From: Phoronis australis
Taxonomy: Eukaryota; Animalia; Phoronida
DNA: 64,000 bases
Reading direction: 5' to 3'
Assembly: GCA_002633005.1 (NCBI GenBank)
Contig: NMRA01000457.1
Span: 286,145 to 350,144, forward strand
Shown: in pieces, positions 51,818 through 64,000 of the stretch
Layout: every line of letters begins with the position of its first letter
Position numbering within the stretch: position 1 is the first letter of the stretch
The notes under the pieces: generated by a model
The model's input: only the letters and a program-made list of their open reading frames with translations
Databases searched by the model: none
Told to the model about the DNA's origin: nothing
Program-made: the position numbers and the translations under genes

Positions 51818-52362
51818 TTAACCCTCTCTACGGTCTCTTGTACTGTCGCCAGCCGACAAGAGCGACGTCTTTCGTGAAAATGCACAGTACCGTCTTTACT
51901 TGAATACTAAAACGTTCTGAGCCTACATACTGACCTATCATTAACTCTCAGTCCGCTCACTTTCATCCTACTTGGAAAACTAAATTCACTGTATTAATTG
52001 TAAAAAGGGTCTTATATTTTACTTCAGAATCTCTTGAAAGAAAAGTCATGGTCACTGGAAAGCAGACCACACACGTGCACTACGCCCCTCGTTTCACCTG
52101 CTGAGGCATGACGAGTCGCGTCGTTGTGTGTCGGGCTAAGTTTACTAAGCTAGGCCTATTTCTTGTAGCCCTTTCGATAAACCATGAGATTATTTGAGTC
52201 AATGAACTTTTGTTAATTTTTTTCTTGTCGTGGCCTATAGTGAACTGCGCGTTCTATCGTTCGTTCTTCGAACGGAAGAGTAAGGTGACAATCAGCGTCA
52301 GGTGAAATCTATTTCAACGATGCGATCTTAACGCTGATTTCAGCTTCTCGTTCTAATTAGTT

Positions 52363-52487
52363 TCACATCTCAACCAAGGTTATAGTTGCTGAATCAGCAG
52401 GTCGTCGTGACAGGTATATTTTTGTCACGATCAACGTCAACCCAATTCCCAGACCAAGCATAGCGAATCCCAATCCGGCCATGGCAC
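52363..52487 (-). CDS. minus-strand gene terminal exon, TM helix and tail
   Basis: tttcag|; GAMAGLGFAMLGLGIGLTLIVTKIYLSRRPADSATITLVEM-stop. Confidence 0.85.
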
Positions 52488-55400
52488 CTGAAAGAGTAAA
52501 GATACAGCTAAGCTGTTACTTCTCTAAATCACTTAACTCTGGATGTTTTTGTTCAGAAAAAAGTTGACTGTGTTCGAGGAAAATTGTGTGCCGCAGTTTT
52601 ACAAACGGGCCAATTTCGTGAACATGGGCGAAAATGAAATTTATGAATTTCTTATCAAAGAATGATTGACTCACAGAACTTTTGCCACGAAATTCCGACT
52701 ACATGAACCACCATGCACCAGAAATAATTTCCAAATCTTAAACGACGAAATGGAGGGGTGTTTCGCAAAACACTTACGGCCAAAAAACTTCACTTACGGA
52801 ACGGAAACATGGAATTCTGTCCCTAATCCAACTTTATATCCCAGCTTCGCCGACCACTCATTTCAGTGGCGGATAATTTGTCAATGACCGCGAGTAAGGT
52901 CCCTAGCTTACTTGCTCAACAATCGATTTGACTGGCGTCAGTGATATTGGGTGCGTTCTGGGTTTTCTCGCAAGAAACTTGCTCTATACCGAACTCGCAA
53001 TTCAGAGGCCAGTTGCGTGAAAAAGTTCCTAATAGGGACTTCATTGTTTCTTACGTCTTCTGCGCATGCGTGAACTTTGTTTACTCAATAATATTATTTT
53101 ATCTTTTACGTGGTCATTATTTATGAGCTAGTATTTTACTGACCATATTTCCCAATAAGATTATCAAAACGTTTGCCTTGTTTCATTGGAAATGGAACCT
53201 TGGTGCCTAAATTGGGGGGTATGCATCAAAAAGTTACTATATATTTTCAGTAATATTTTAATAAACTCTTATTTTAGTAAACTCTTATTTTAGTAAACTC
53301 TTCATTGAATTCTTAAAATAATTCAATGAAGAGTTTACTCTCGGTATGTTCCAAACTTGAAACGTGACGTAGTAACGAACAAAAATGGCAGAAGAAAGTA
53401 CAACCAGAGTCGATAAAAACTCATAACTTATTTAGCGCTGACATTTAAGGGAATTGGGTTGATTCCCTATCTGAGAAAGTTTCATACCACCGTCAAACTC
53501 TTCCTAACCCATGACTTTAATGGTTGGTCCCGCATTATGGAACGCCTCATGTTTTGTTAAAAAATCTAGTGCGAACGAAAAATTCTGACGATAATCAAAC
53601 CTTATCATCCAATATGAAGCTTAGACACCCCAGTGGGTAGGGTGGACCGTGTGGTCAGAAGGATAGGCCTATTTTTCATTTTTTTATTTGCCATCTCAGA
53701 TCACGTGGACGTCAATGTTTTGTGTCAGGTAATAAAATTTTACTTACTTTGCAGCCAGAATGTAAGCCTGTACAAACACAGAAATTTAAGTTTGCTGTAA
53801 AGCAAAAATTCAGCTACTGCATGGTTCGATCGTCATTCGGCATTTTTTCTTTGATACGCCTGCTGCTGACAAATACACTTCAAGTTTTAAGAGAGAGCTA
53901 GTAAGCCTAAATACATGTGATGCTACTTTTCCATCATAGAGACTGTATTCGCTTGTCCGAGTTCTGTGCTGGATGAAAAGTCCTGGCAGTGTGATGCTCG
54001 AAAACGTTAATTTTCTATTGGCTTATTTATGCTTGGCACATACATACATTCTGCAATACTAAAGAGTGCGTTCCGAAATCTAATATTTCTGTGATCAATG
54101 ATTTGAAAAATACACCTGCCTCTTCAACGGGCTTAGCAATGTATTGAAAATATATGAAGAAGGATAACGAAATTTTTCACCCCAACTACGAGTTTGGAAA
54201 TTGTCTACACTACAGAACATGAATACGGTATATAAATCGAAAATATCTTACTACGGAAAGCAGTTTGTTTTCAAACATTTAAATCACTTATTTACGTAGC
54301 ACGAATTTTAAGATGAGCGCGTAAGTAAATACAGACATGTTAAACCCGACGTTTCGGTTTATTACTTCTCAAAGAAGTCATGTTGTGTACCAACACATCT
54401 GTAATGACTGTTTTACATTGGAATGACGAACAGGAGTCTTAGCATCAGAGTCAAAAAAAAACAATTTAAAGACACACAGTGCTGTTCACAATCATTCCTT
54501 GATAACTGGTCACACTATAGATTGCTCAGGTGTTCATATCTTCGACAAGCCTCCCGTTCAGTAACGCTAGGACCTCGCTAAAAAGCAAGACTTCGCGAGA
54601 TTACGTGAGATATTGCCTTGCATTTTAAATTAGAACACGTGACTTTGACTAGGTTTTAGCTAGGTCTTAGCGTAGGTCCTAGCGTAGGTCCTAGCGGCTA
54701 CTGAACGCAAGCAAGGATAATGCCACCCTGAGGCTCCTCATAAAGGAGGCTATGCATATACGGTTGAACCATGCTGAGGGCTATCTCAATAGGAACATTG
54801 GTTCATTTGAGCTCCAACAGCCGATTTCATAAAGGTGGTTTAAAGTTAAACCTGGTTTAAACTGGACTTAGACCAGGTTTAATGATAATCTGCATTTCAT
54901 AAAGGTGGTTTAACTTTTATACCAGTGGTCTTGTAAAACCTGGTTTAACTCCAGTTTAGACCNNNNNNNNNNNNNNNNNNNNNNNNNNNNNNNNNNNNNN
55001 NNNNNNNNNNNNNNNNNNNNNNNNNNNNNNNNNNNNNNNNNNNNNNNNNNNNNNNNNNNNNNNNNNNNNNNNNNNNNNNNNNNNNNNNNNNNNNNNNNNN
55101 NNNNNNNNNNNNNNNNNNNNNNNNNNNNNNNNNNNNNNNNTACGTAGATAATTTATTGCCCTTAGTTCACAGTTTGTAAACCCAATATTAAAGCAATAAG
55201 TTCGAGTTTGAACTCGAAATTTCGAGTTTTTACTCGAGTTTGTAGCACGAATATAAGGGTCTTCAAGGGCAAACTTGAACTAGAAACTCCTATGCATAAA
55301 CTATAATGTATTCGAGCACAGTCTGATAACCAATTATCTTAAGTTCGCACAAAAGGAGCAGAGAAATTGCCAAAAATAGTTTCGAGTTTGTTTCGAGTAC

Positions 55401-58400
55401 AAAGATTAGAGACCGGGCCCAGGTTTATGAAGACCAGGTTTAAGTCTTAAACCTGGTTTTGTTAAACCACCTTTATGAAATCGGCTGCAACTGTTTTGAT
55501 TTCTAGTCTCATCTCACAATGCATTTTGACGTGTATCTACACAGTTTGTTTTCCACTTGTGTCGTCTTGGAAATGGTTTAAGTAATAATCCGAAACGTCG
55601 GGTTTAACATGTCTGTATTTACTTACGCGCTCATCTTAAAATCCGTGCTTCTGTTTTGGCCTAAAACGATCGTTTACGTAGATTACAAGACGGGCTACGG
55701 GACAGACACTATACTACCTCCGCATCAATAAAAAAGAAGAAAGAAGTTTTTAGGGCTTTCGGGGGGGCCTTCGCACATTGTGCTTACGCTTCTAATGGCG
55801 ACATTCTAGATCCACTAGTAAATTAGTTCCCAAAAACACCGTTGAAGATACTCTTTTTAACTCTTTTAACTAAAATAGGGATTTTTTCAGTTCAGTCGAC
55901 ACTTCTGCTCAAATAATACTCATTCAACACAACTCCAAATATCATCAAACTTAGCTGAATTTAACATGAAGTTTAATTTTGATATTTATGCTGATGGTGC
56001 ACTGCCATCTAAAATGGCCGCCATAATGAGCAACAGCTTTCCGCGGGAACCCTCCCGCTTTCTAAAATAATGCAAGCACAAACTGATGAAACTCAGCTTA
56101 TGTTCTAAATTGACGAATGTAACGAAAACAATACTTTAATTTTCTCTTTATTTTTCCTGAGACCTAACAAGATTCTTACCTGCGGAATATCCCGAGACAT
56201 AAGAGGAAGTTTCTTCAACTTTCGTTGTACTTTCACTACTGAGGGTTGAACCAGCCTGACAACTGCAAGACGTTACTTCTGACGTCAGTCGTGTAGTGGG
56301 AGTGGGAACGTGAAACGTGGGTGGAGTTTCTGTCAGAATTCTAGTTTTAGTAGTTACTACTGATGAGGATGGCTGTTGCTTAGTGAATAATGTAGGCGGA
56401 ATTTTCATTGATGACTGACGTTCTGTGGATAACGTTGGAGCCTTACTGGATGATCCAGTGGTGGTGGTTGGACTTTTCGTAGGGATGGGTGGAGTACGAT
56501 AGGTCGTCGGTATCTGTTCGGGCTTGAAGTTTATTCTTTCTACAAAGGTGGCTTCCATCAGTATTTCCTTAAAAATAATTTACATAATTTACACGTGGTA
56601 AGCGCATCATTTTTTATGATGAAACGTTTTTTTCAAAAACAAATAACTGTACAAAACAGATTTACCCTAGACTTCAAGAAACTAAAGGGACATTTTTGGT
56701 GAGGAAACTGATTCCAGAGATCAGTCTCCGTAGGAAATTGGATGTAGATGTACAACTGACACGGTTGCAGCCTACCGCTGGCGGAGCGAATTCCCGTTCG
56801 ATGTATGACTTAGTAGTTTAATTTAACTGCCCCTAATTTCAGCGAACGTCTGTAATAAAATCGCAAAACACGCTGGATTTTGTTGTTTTATAATGATAAC
56901 AACAAGAAGTCTATTATTCCATCGAACAATAATCTCCAAAATACGATTTTCGACAGTAAAACCGACAATGGCCTCTTTAAGTGACCAGGTGCAAAAATCT
57001 TTTTTTAGAGCAAAATTCAGTGCCTGTGTTGAAGAAATTATTGTCACCCTGGACTCGACGTCTGGGCTGCGTGAGTGCATTCACTGGATTCCGGGTCAGT
57101 ATGTTGGCAATCAAATACATGAAGGAAGTCAGGTACGACGGAATCTCTCTCAGTCTTATTAGCTACTAGAATTCTAGATGAACTACTACTCGTTTATGTA
57201 CAATTCTTGGCACAAGTTGTAGAAGGATTGACCCTGGCGGCTGAGAGGCGGGGCCTCATGCTGCTAATAACAGAGAATGTAACAAGTTAGGATATTGGCA
57301 TAGATTTTCAGAAAACAAGACAGAGTGGCACCAGAAATCTTTCTCATGAATAACGGGTAGGTAGCTTAGGAAGGTAAAAACATGTACTAAGTTTGAAATA
57401 CCTAAATTGAGCTTCCTCAATGTTTTAATGACGAAAGTTTATTCTTGACTGAACATACTTTGAATCTTCCTGCGCTTACCTGTTCGACGAACTTTAATGA
57501 GCCGTCGTGAACTGTTTTCGCAAGGTTCGTATACACTGTGGTTGAACTGTTTGTGTTATATGTCTCGTTCAGTCGCCCGTTTACGCGCGCGGCGTCCAGA
57601 AGGATTGCGTAAAAGAAGCAATGTTGAAACCCATCGTATTCGAACTAAGAGTACAGAAAAAAAGAAGAAAAAGATGTAGCTCCGCTTTTCGACATGAAAT
57701 CTTTCTGGCGGTGCCCCCAAAAAGATCGAAAAAGTTGAATGACACTAAATTTAAAAGTCCATTTACTCAATATTTGGCTACCGAAAACCGAAAAATGATC
57801 TAAGCCACGGATTTTATGACCTTAAAGGCTCGTAAAATCGGTTTCATAATTCCTTACCGGATGGGCGGATGTTCGTTACAAGCAAGAACATCCGCGACTC
57901 AAGAAAACGCTCCAAAGTTTGTTGAAGCATGCCAATCCTAAAATTGTGCACGTGCGCAACATCCGGTTGAAATGAATGACATTCTCATAAAACAACAATT
58001 CAAAGAATATCATAAGATCAATTTCACGAGAGTAAAAGATCAAGTTCGATTTTCGTTTTTAATCACCTTAACATCGCAAAATGCAAGTTTAACAATTAAT
58101 TCGTGAAAACAGATGCCTTGTTATAATTATAATTTTAATTACAACCCCGTGGAACATTTCGCATCTTTGAAAACTAGGAGTGTTAATATAACTAGCCTTG
58201 GTTCAGATTTAACTTTTTTTCTGACAAATTCAAAATCTAAACAGTCGAATTAACCGACCGTTAACGGATAGCGAAATTTTACGTGAACATCCCACTGCAT
58301 AGATGTGTGCCAGAATCCAAAAAGCTACCGTCTGCTCGGTAAGCAGACGTTTAGTTTTGCGTAAGCGCTACTTGTTTGCTCGTAGCTATGACAAACTGAA

Positions 58401-61400
58401 CTCATGGTTGTTTGAAATACTACTGAAATGACGTGATCTCTACAGATCACATATCTACAAATGGCGGTTGGCGGGATGACTGCTATCCCACATGAGTACG
58501 TAACCTACGCCTACCCTCTGTCACAGCGCAACCTGCATAGTCGCAGCACAGGGAAAGTGCATATTGTTACGCATGTCTATCCGTGAAAAGTCATTGAAAT
58601 ACTTTGCCTACAGTGTAGATGTCACCCTGATGTGTGCTTGTCTCTGCATCCAGCCTCCCTTTTACAGTCTGATGTAATACTCGAAAACGAGGCCATTGGG
58701 TTTGATTTTTCCCATTGTCTATTTACGATACAGTAGAATTGCACAGTAAACCAGAACCATTGGCAGCACTTGATTGACTTCGCCGGTTCCGCCAGGTCAA
58801 CCAGGTAAGACATCTGATTGGTTCTCGATGACGTCGTCTGACCTTAAACTAATCGCATTTAATTTAGACAGTTTACCCGACTGCACTGGCACTCAATCAC
58901 GTGCATTCAATCACGTGTAGTAAATCACGAGCAGTCAATCACGTGCAGTCAATCACGTGCAGTCAATCACGTGCAGTCAATCACGTGCAGTCAATCACGT
59001 GCAGTCAATCACGTGCAGTCAATCACGTGCAGTCAATCACGTGCAGTCAATCACGTGAAGTCAATCACGTGCAGTCAATGTGAGCAGTGGGCATGGTCAT
59101 AACAGCTCGTGCTTATCATCTGTATTACCACTCGAGTTACTCCAATTAAATTTCCAATATTATATGTTTATGTGCAGCTGGTTTAAATACACAGGTTGTG
59201 CTCAACCTTGGTTGACCAATGGAGAACCAGGTGTCAGGTATGTTCACCAGACTCTAATGCGTCAACGCGTATACCTCCTTCAAGGATGCCAAGACGGAAT
59301 AACTCTATCGACTGAAAATGTTTAAAATCATTTGAAAATGAGGTTGCTCAACTTGATTCTATCCCACCGTTAACGCATATTCAGACCAGAATACATCTTA
59401 CCTCGGCCTTGACAATGCGTAGTGGTTCGATTCCAAGTCTTTTGGCAACCAACTTCTTAATGTTTATGGCTGCATTCTCAGCAATCACCAAGTCCATATT
59501 TTGAAGGCCAACTGAAATTTGTTGTTTGAAATATAGACCCCAAATGCATCTCACGTTTTGTTGCGCCATCGAAAGTTTGGTTTTAGATCCATACAATGCA
59601 ATAAATTATAGAAAAACAAACAATGAGTGGAATGAAAGCACAGGTTTGACCATTTGACTTTGCTGGCGACGTTGTCGGACACCAGACGATTTACAGTAAT
59701 TCTTCTCTTGCTTTTTGCACAGAAATAAATCACAAAGTTGTCAATATCCTGTTTTTTCACTGTTTGTTTTTAAAAATTGATTCAAATAATGGAAACTTTA
59801 CTAAGTGACATTTATGAGTGATAACCCACACCGGAATTGGAACAACATTTTTGGAACCTTTATTTTTGGTGAGAAGTTTGACAAAATAAAATTTAACTTG
59901 TCCGTCACGTTGCATGCTACATACGTAAAGGAACGCAAAGGTTGTGTAAAGTCCGTTTGCACGTGTTTGCACGAAAATTGTTGTTTAAGCCTAGCTCCCA
60001 AGAATTAAAAAGTTACTAAACCCTGTTTTAATAATATCAGTCAATCCTCGTTTTGTCACCTGCTAATTCATCATTTGCATCCGTTTTGAAAGATAAAAGC
60101 AGGAATCAACTAAAAACTCATACCCCTGTCTCACAAATTGGATATGGCCTTTTCCCACAGTTGCGTGTAATTCGCTAAAAGCGTAGGTCACGGTTGCCAG
60201 TTTAACAGACTTTAAAAGGAGTTTACAAATTTGCCTCCAAACTTTTGAGGACTGTTGAGGGCTACAGAGCATTATTTCGTTTCAGGAAACTGGATGGGAA
60301 AGTCGTTTTTAGTATCTATTAATAGGCCAATACCATCAAGTGTAATCACAAAACGAATTTCAGTGCCCGGAGGATAGCAATGGCTGATGTCTTCAAACTC
60401 CTTCCAGTTCTCGGGTGAAAAGTTGAATCCGATAATGTTGACAACTTCGACAAGTTTCGGCTTTGTTTGCGGCATGAGCTGTAAAATACAATGTCAGTGT
60501 TTATTCTTGACTTTCAATAGAAACGTTTTTGCTGACGTCATGGGGAGTGCGGTAGTAGTTGCGTTATGAGTTTCATTACTGATATAAACGGTAACAGTAG
60601 CACAGCCCTTATGACGGAGTCGTAACGGTTTGGAAACCCTAGATACTAATCATTTACTATTCGTAAATGCTATAAATAAATCCGTTATAAATGCAAATGT
60701 AAATTTCAAATCAAATGTAGGCCTATTTATTTATGCAAGCGTGCAATGCAAATGGAATTTAAGGTGGCTATAGGAGACCATCTTCCATCGCAAAAAACAA
60801 CATTTGACGTATATCATTTGCTGTTATGAAATTGGTCTAAAATGATCCTTAGCCAAATCAGATGTGATTTTACTCATTTTAGAGCTTCAAACGAAGGCAC
60901 AAGTTGGCTTGTTATAACTTGTCATGTTATGCTCTGAGCATGGTTCAAAGGGATACGAACCCCTAGACCCTTGCACACGTATACATCACTGATCTGAGTG
61001 AAAGAACATGTTGAGAGCAAGTTTATAGAGGTGGTCTAAAATAAAATGAAAAGTTTACTTCTCAGACGGAACATGGGTTTATAGTCGCTTTGATGTTGAC
61101 AATGACCTTTTGGGGTTAAAAATTTCAGTGGGTTGCGGCAACACCTGTGCTCCTTACAGAACGAAACCCAGGAAACCAGACAAACTACACAATTAGCGTT
61201 CTCTTGATCAGTGCTCATTTGCAGCTCATTTCATTCATAAGTAGAGACACGATGCGGAATATCTCGTCGATATTTGAGGTGGCTTGGGGTCGTAAACAAA
61301 AGGCTATGAAGTCAACCAGTCGTACACGGCTTACATGTAACACCTCGGATATTTTCGTAGCTTCTAATTTACCCTAGAAAGTGAACTTTATCCGAACTTC

Positions 61401-63293
61401 AGTTATACGTCCAACTATTTTCTAGTGAAGTCTGCCTGTGCGCAGTTAACGATTACCGCCGATGGCTTCCTGAACATCTCGGGTATTTTCGTAACCTCCA
61501 GTGTTTCATATCTGCGTATATTTATGTGAATTTCAGACAGAACTGCAAAGGTTTTTTAAAAACCGCGGCTTTCTGCCTTGTAAGTTTTAAAAGACGTTTT
61601 AGCCTGTTACCACAGGAATATGCCCGCACTGGTACGCCGTAAAATGTAACAACTGTTACATTTTAGGTCATTGTTACATTTCACGTTGCTAGGCCTCCCC
61701 TAAAATGTAACTCTGAGTTGTTACATTTTATGTAATTGTTACAATTTACGTCAAATGCGCATGCGAGAAATGTACCATTGTTATATTTTACGAAAGCAAC
61801 GTCATATTTCATGAGGTTGCGTGGTATTAGTCGCACGGAAGAAAACCGTTCACACACTTAACGCCTTCTTTCTCGTTTTGGGTGAACTATCAACTATGCC
61901 AGGTTGAACTTATAGATGTGTCCCTATGTGCTTTACATGTTTTTTATGGTATGGTAAAAAATGCACACCGTACAGTTTCAACTCCACACGAAAGGAGTTT
62001 CCAGGATCAGGTAAGAAGTTTTTTATTGTTAAAGCGTTCTTGCAATCTTATGTTGGCGCTCACAGGTCATAAATCAATTGTGTATTCGATTCACTCTGCC
62101 CATCATACCTTCAGAACATTTGATTAAGTCTCAATGGTGGACTTCCAGGTTGTGAGACCAATGAATGTAGTCTCGAACAGTGTACTTTTAGTTCGTGCAG
62201 AAGAAGAATGTTAGTCTGCGCACAAGTTTCTTACCTTGTAAGTCTTTATCATGATAAGAGTGCCAACTTGATACACAACTCCTGGTGACGTGACCCACGG
62301 AGACTACACAAAGAGAGAACAAAGACCACTAAATGCTCGACTATGTGAATTAATCCCTGTATACACAGTAGACATATACGAGGTCTTCGAATGTTCGGAG
62401 CCTGTGGCTCATAAATGTTAGCCTGTAGTCGCAACCAATTTTTATTCCGTATCTTGTCAATTATTTGGATTAGACAAGGTCGGCGGCAGTTAAGGTTTTG
62501 TTGCAATTTTGAGGTATGCGTTACAAGAAGGTTCAGTGAATCTGGTTTGCTTGTGTTTTACAGTATGTTGTGAATGATAAAAACTACTGGGTCAGCTCTA
62601 GATCCACTACTTTAAACCAGCGCCCCCTGTAGCATCTTGCCATTGCATTGCAGCCAGCCCGAGGAATCTGCTGCGATTTCAGGTAGACCTCAGACAAACC
62701 AGAAGAACAAAACAATCTGATCGAAAGGTAAGCACTTTTGGGCCACATTTGGGGAATTTAAAGGAAATTTGTTTTCATAATCCAGTGTTGATTTATACCC
62801 AGCTTTAACCGGGCAGGGAAGTAAATTTTCCGATTTGCGCTTCTGTCAAAATTTTCGAAACCGTTCGCTACCTTTTGAAATGAAAGGGCCAAAATATGAA
62901 ACAATTTCTCTGGTCATGTGTAGCACTGTCAAGGTGAAATTCTTCAAAGTTTTCATTTTGTTCATAGTTTTCACCACAGTGGAAGAGAGGGGACAGATCT
63001 AGTGATGTGTGCTCTGCCAGGCGAAAGCCAAAGGAAACTTTTCAGTGCCTCCATGTGACTAATCGGAGTGTGTAGACATGTCTGTACTTGCGTTGAGTCG
63101 ATCGGCGCATATACTCCGATTCAACAAGCTCGACTTCGTAGGTTACTAGTCGTACACGTATTTGCATACAACAATTAATCAGACTTTGTAGACAGGCTTA
63201 ATAGATACTTACTGACAAAAAGTACCATTCCCTTGTCATGTTGGAACCAACTCGGCCAATCCAAATTTCGCTCCATACGTCTCTCACTTTTCT
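52363..63293 (-). CDS. Uncharacterised single-pass type I membrane protein with mucin-like stalk; 3' part, 7 exons: 63293-63213, 62303-62235, 60478-60334, 59511-59402, 57644-57480, 56567-56180, 52487-52363
   Basis: All seven exons have AG/GT boundaries with matching phases and give one open frame ending in GYSAGAMAGLG-TM-short tail-TGA. The 5' exons were not found and are probably beyond the window. Confidence 0.85.
53292..53339. repeat. perfect 20-bp inverted repeat with 8-nt loop
   Basis: AGTAAACTCTTCATTGAATT / AATTCAATGAAGAGTTTACT. Confidence 0.85.
54549..54712. mobile_element. short MITE
   Basis: CGTTCAGTAACGCTAGGACCT / AGGTCCTAGCGGCTACTGAACG are imperfect inverted ends. Confidence 0.6.
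54818..55487. mobile_element. PIF/Harbinger-like MITE containing a gap and a nested insertion
   Basis: TIR CAGCCGATTTCATAAAGGTGGTTTAA / TTAAACCACCTTTATGAAATCGGCTG, 3-bp flank CAA on both sides. Confidence 0.8.
56180..56567 (-). CDS. minus-strand gene exon, Ser/Thr/Pro mucin-like stalk
   Basis: tttaag|388 nt|gtaaga; T/S/P-rich ORF ending SGYSA. Confidence 0.85.
57480..57644 (-). CDS. minus-strand gene exon (FEYDG...FYAILLDA...KFVEQ)
   Basis: tcttag|165 nt|gtaagc, phase 0-0. Confidence 0.82.
58889..59079. repeat. 14-bp tandem repeat x13 with CACGTG
   Basis: CAGTCAATCACGTG; 12 copies have an intact CACGTG. Confidence 0.96.
59402..59511 (-). CDS. minus-strand gene exon (GLQNMD...LGIEPLRIVKAE)
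   Basis: tttcag|110 nt|gtaaga, phase 1-0. Confidence 0.82.
60334..60478 (-). CDS. minus-strand gene exon (LMPQTKP...FEDISHCY...ITLD)
   Basis: ttacag|145 nt|gtattg, phase 0-1. Confidence 0.78.
62235..62303 (-). CDS. minus-strand gene exon (SPWVTSPG...IKTYK)
   Basis: gtgtag|69 nt|gtaaga, phase 0-0. Confidence 0.72.
63213..63293 (-). CDS. minus-strand gene exon (RKVRDVWSEIWIG...TREWYFLS)
   Basis: gtttag|81 nt|gtaagt, phase 0-0. Confidence 0.75.
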
Positions 63294-64000
63294 CTAAACG
63301 ATAAAGTGCGTTAAGAAGTCAAACTATGCCACAGAAGCCACTCAATAAAACATCCAAACCAACAAATTTTCCTGTCTTCTATTAATTGCACCAACAAATT
63401 TATCCAAATCTTTTGATTGCACCATGGGAAACTAGGTCGCAAGCTGGTCGAAATCGGTATGTTGAAGTATCCGTTGTTCACTTTGTTTTTCTTTGTTATA
63501 TTAAAGATATTGGTAAGCATTTGTCGGTAACCGGCTGATGTGCGTCCAAGCAATGAGCTATACCTGGTATCAGCTCATTGGTCCAAGGTACATGTACGAT
63601 GTCCATGCGATCTATATTGTTATATCCAACAAGCCGCAGTGAAAGAAAACAATGGCAGCGTCTTATAGGTGATAGCCATGCGACGCGTTTACGTCCGTCG
63701 CATGGATGTCGCAAGTTAAACTATACCTTGCAAACTCCATACGACATCATTTCGAGTAGAGCTTGCGTAATAATTAATCAATATTGCTACAGTAGGTCAT
63801 CATAGTTACAACTTTTGTAGCGCTAACATAAACTCGACATATTTATAAATTGAAATTGAATAAAATTATCTTCAATATTGATAGCCCTAATTTCGAAGCA
63901 ATTTTTATCATTTTCTAGTAAAGCTACAGTCTACACGTAACTTCTAAAATTACAAAGGTCATTTTTCCAAACAAGTGTGTCTTGACAATTTTATAAAGGT

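Larger units (their letters stand above)
54298..55649. mobile_element. ~70-bp inverted repeats (54298-54367 and 55580-55649) enclosing nested MITEs
   Basis: AGCACGAATTTTAAGATGAGCGCGTAAG...CCCGACGTTTCGG and its near-perfect reverse complement. Confidence 0.7.

Noticed and set aside
63564-63790. Further upstream exon of the minus-strand gene
   Set aside because: The candidate donor at 63563 has a stop codon in the required phase

Overview
AT-rich, intron-dense animal genomic DNA, probably an invertebrate (lophotrochozoan-like, by inference), with scaffold gaps. It is not prokaryotic, and most ORF-track entries are noise or single exons. The + strand (7023-45201) carries an almost complete LRP4/MEGF7 orthologue reconstructed as 35 phase-compatible exons: 8 LDL-A repeats, 2 EGF, four YWTD propeller+EGF modules, a Thr/Pro stalk, a conserved Cys loop, a TM helix (GC-AG intron), an NPxY motif and a tail with a PPPSP motif. 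Its signal-peptide exon was not identified. The - strand (63293-52363) carries the last 7 exons of a convergent single-pass, mucin-stalked membrane protein gene. Introns and UTR hold tandem arrays (two of which multiply 5' splice sites), MITEs (Kolobok-, hAT5- and Harbinger-like), a tRNA-derived SINE, nested insertions and a 1.4 kb duplication across a single N. No wholly new system can be claimed. The best leads are the splice-donor arrays, the PPPSP-bearing LRP4 tail, the 3' UTR array, an E-box array and the uncharacterised membrane protein.
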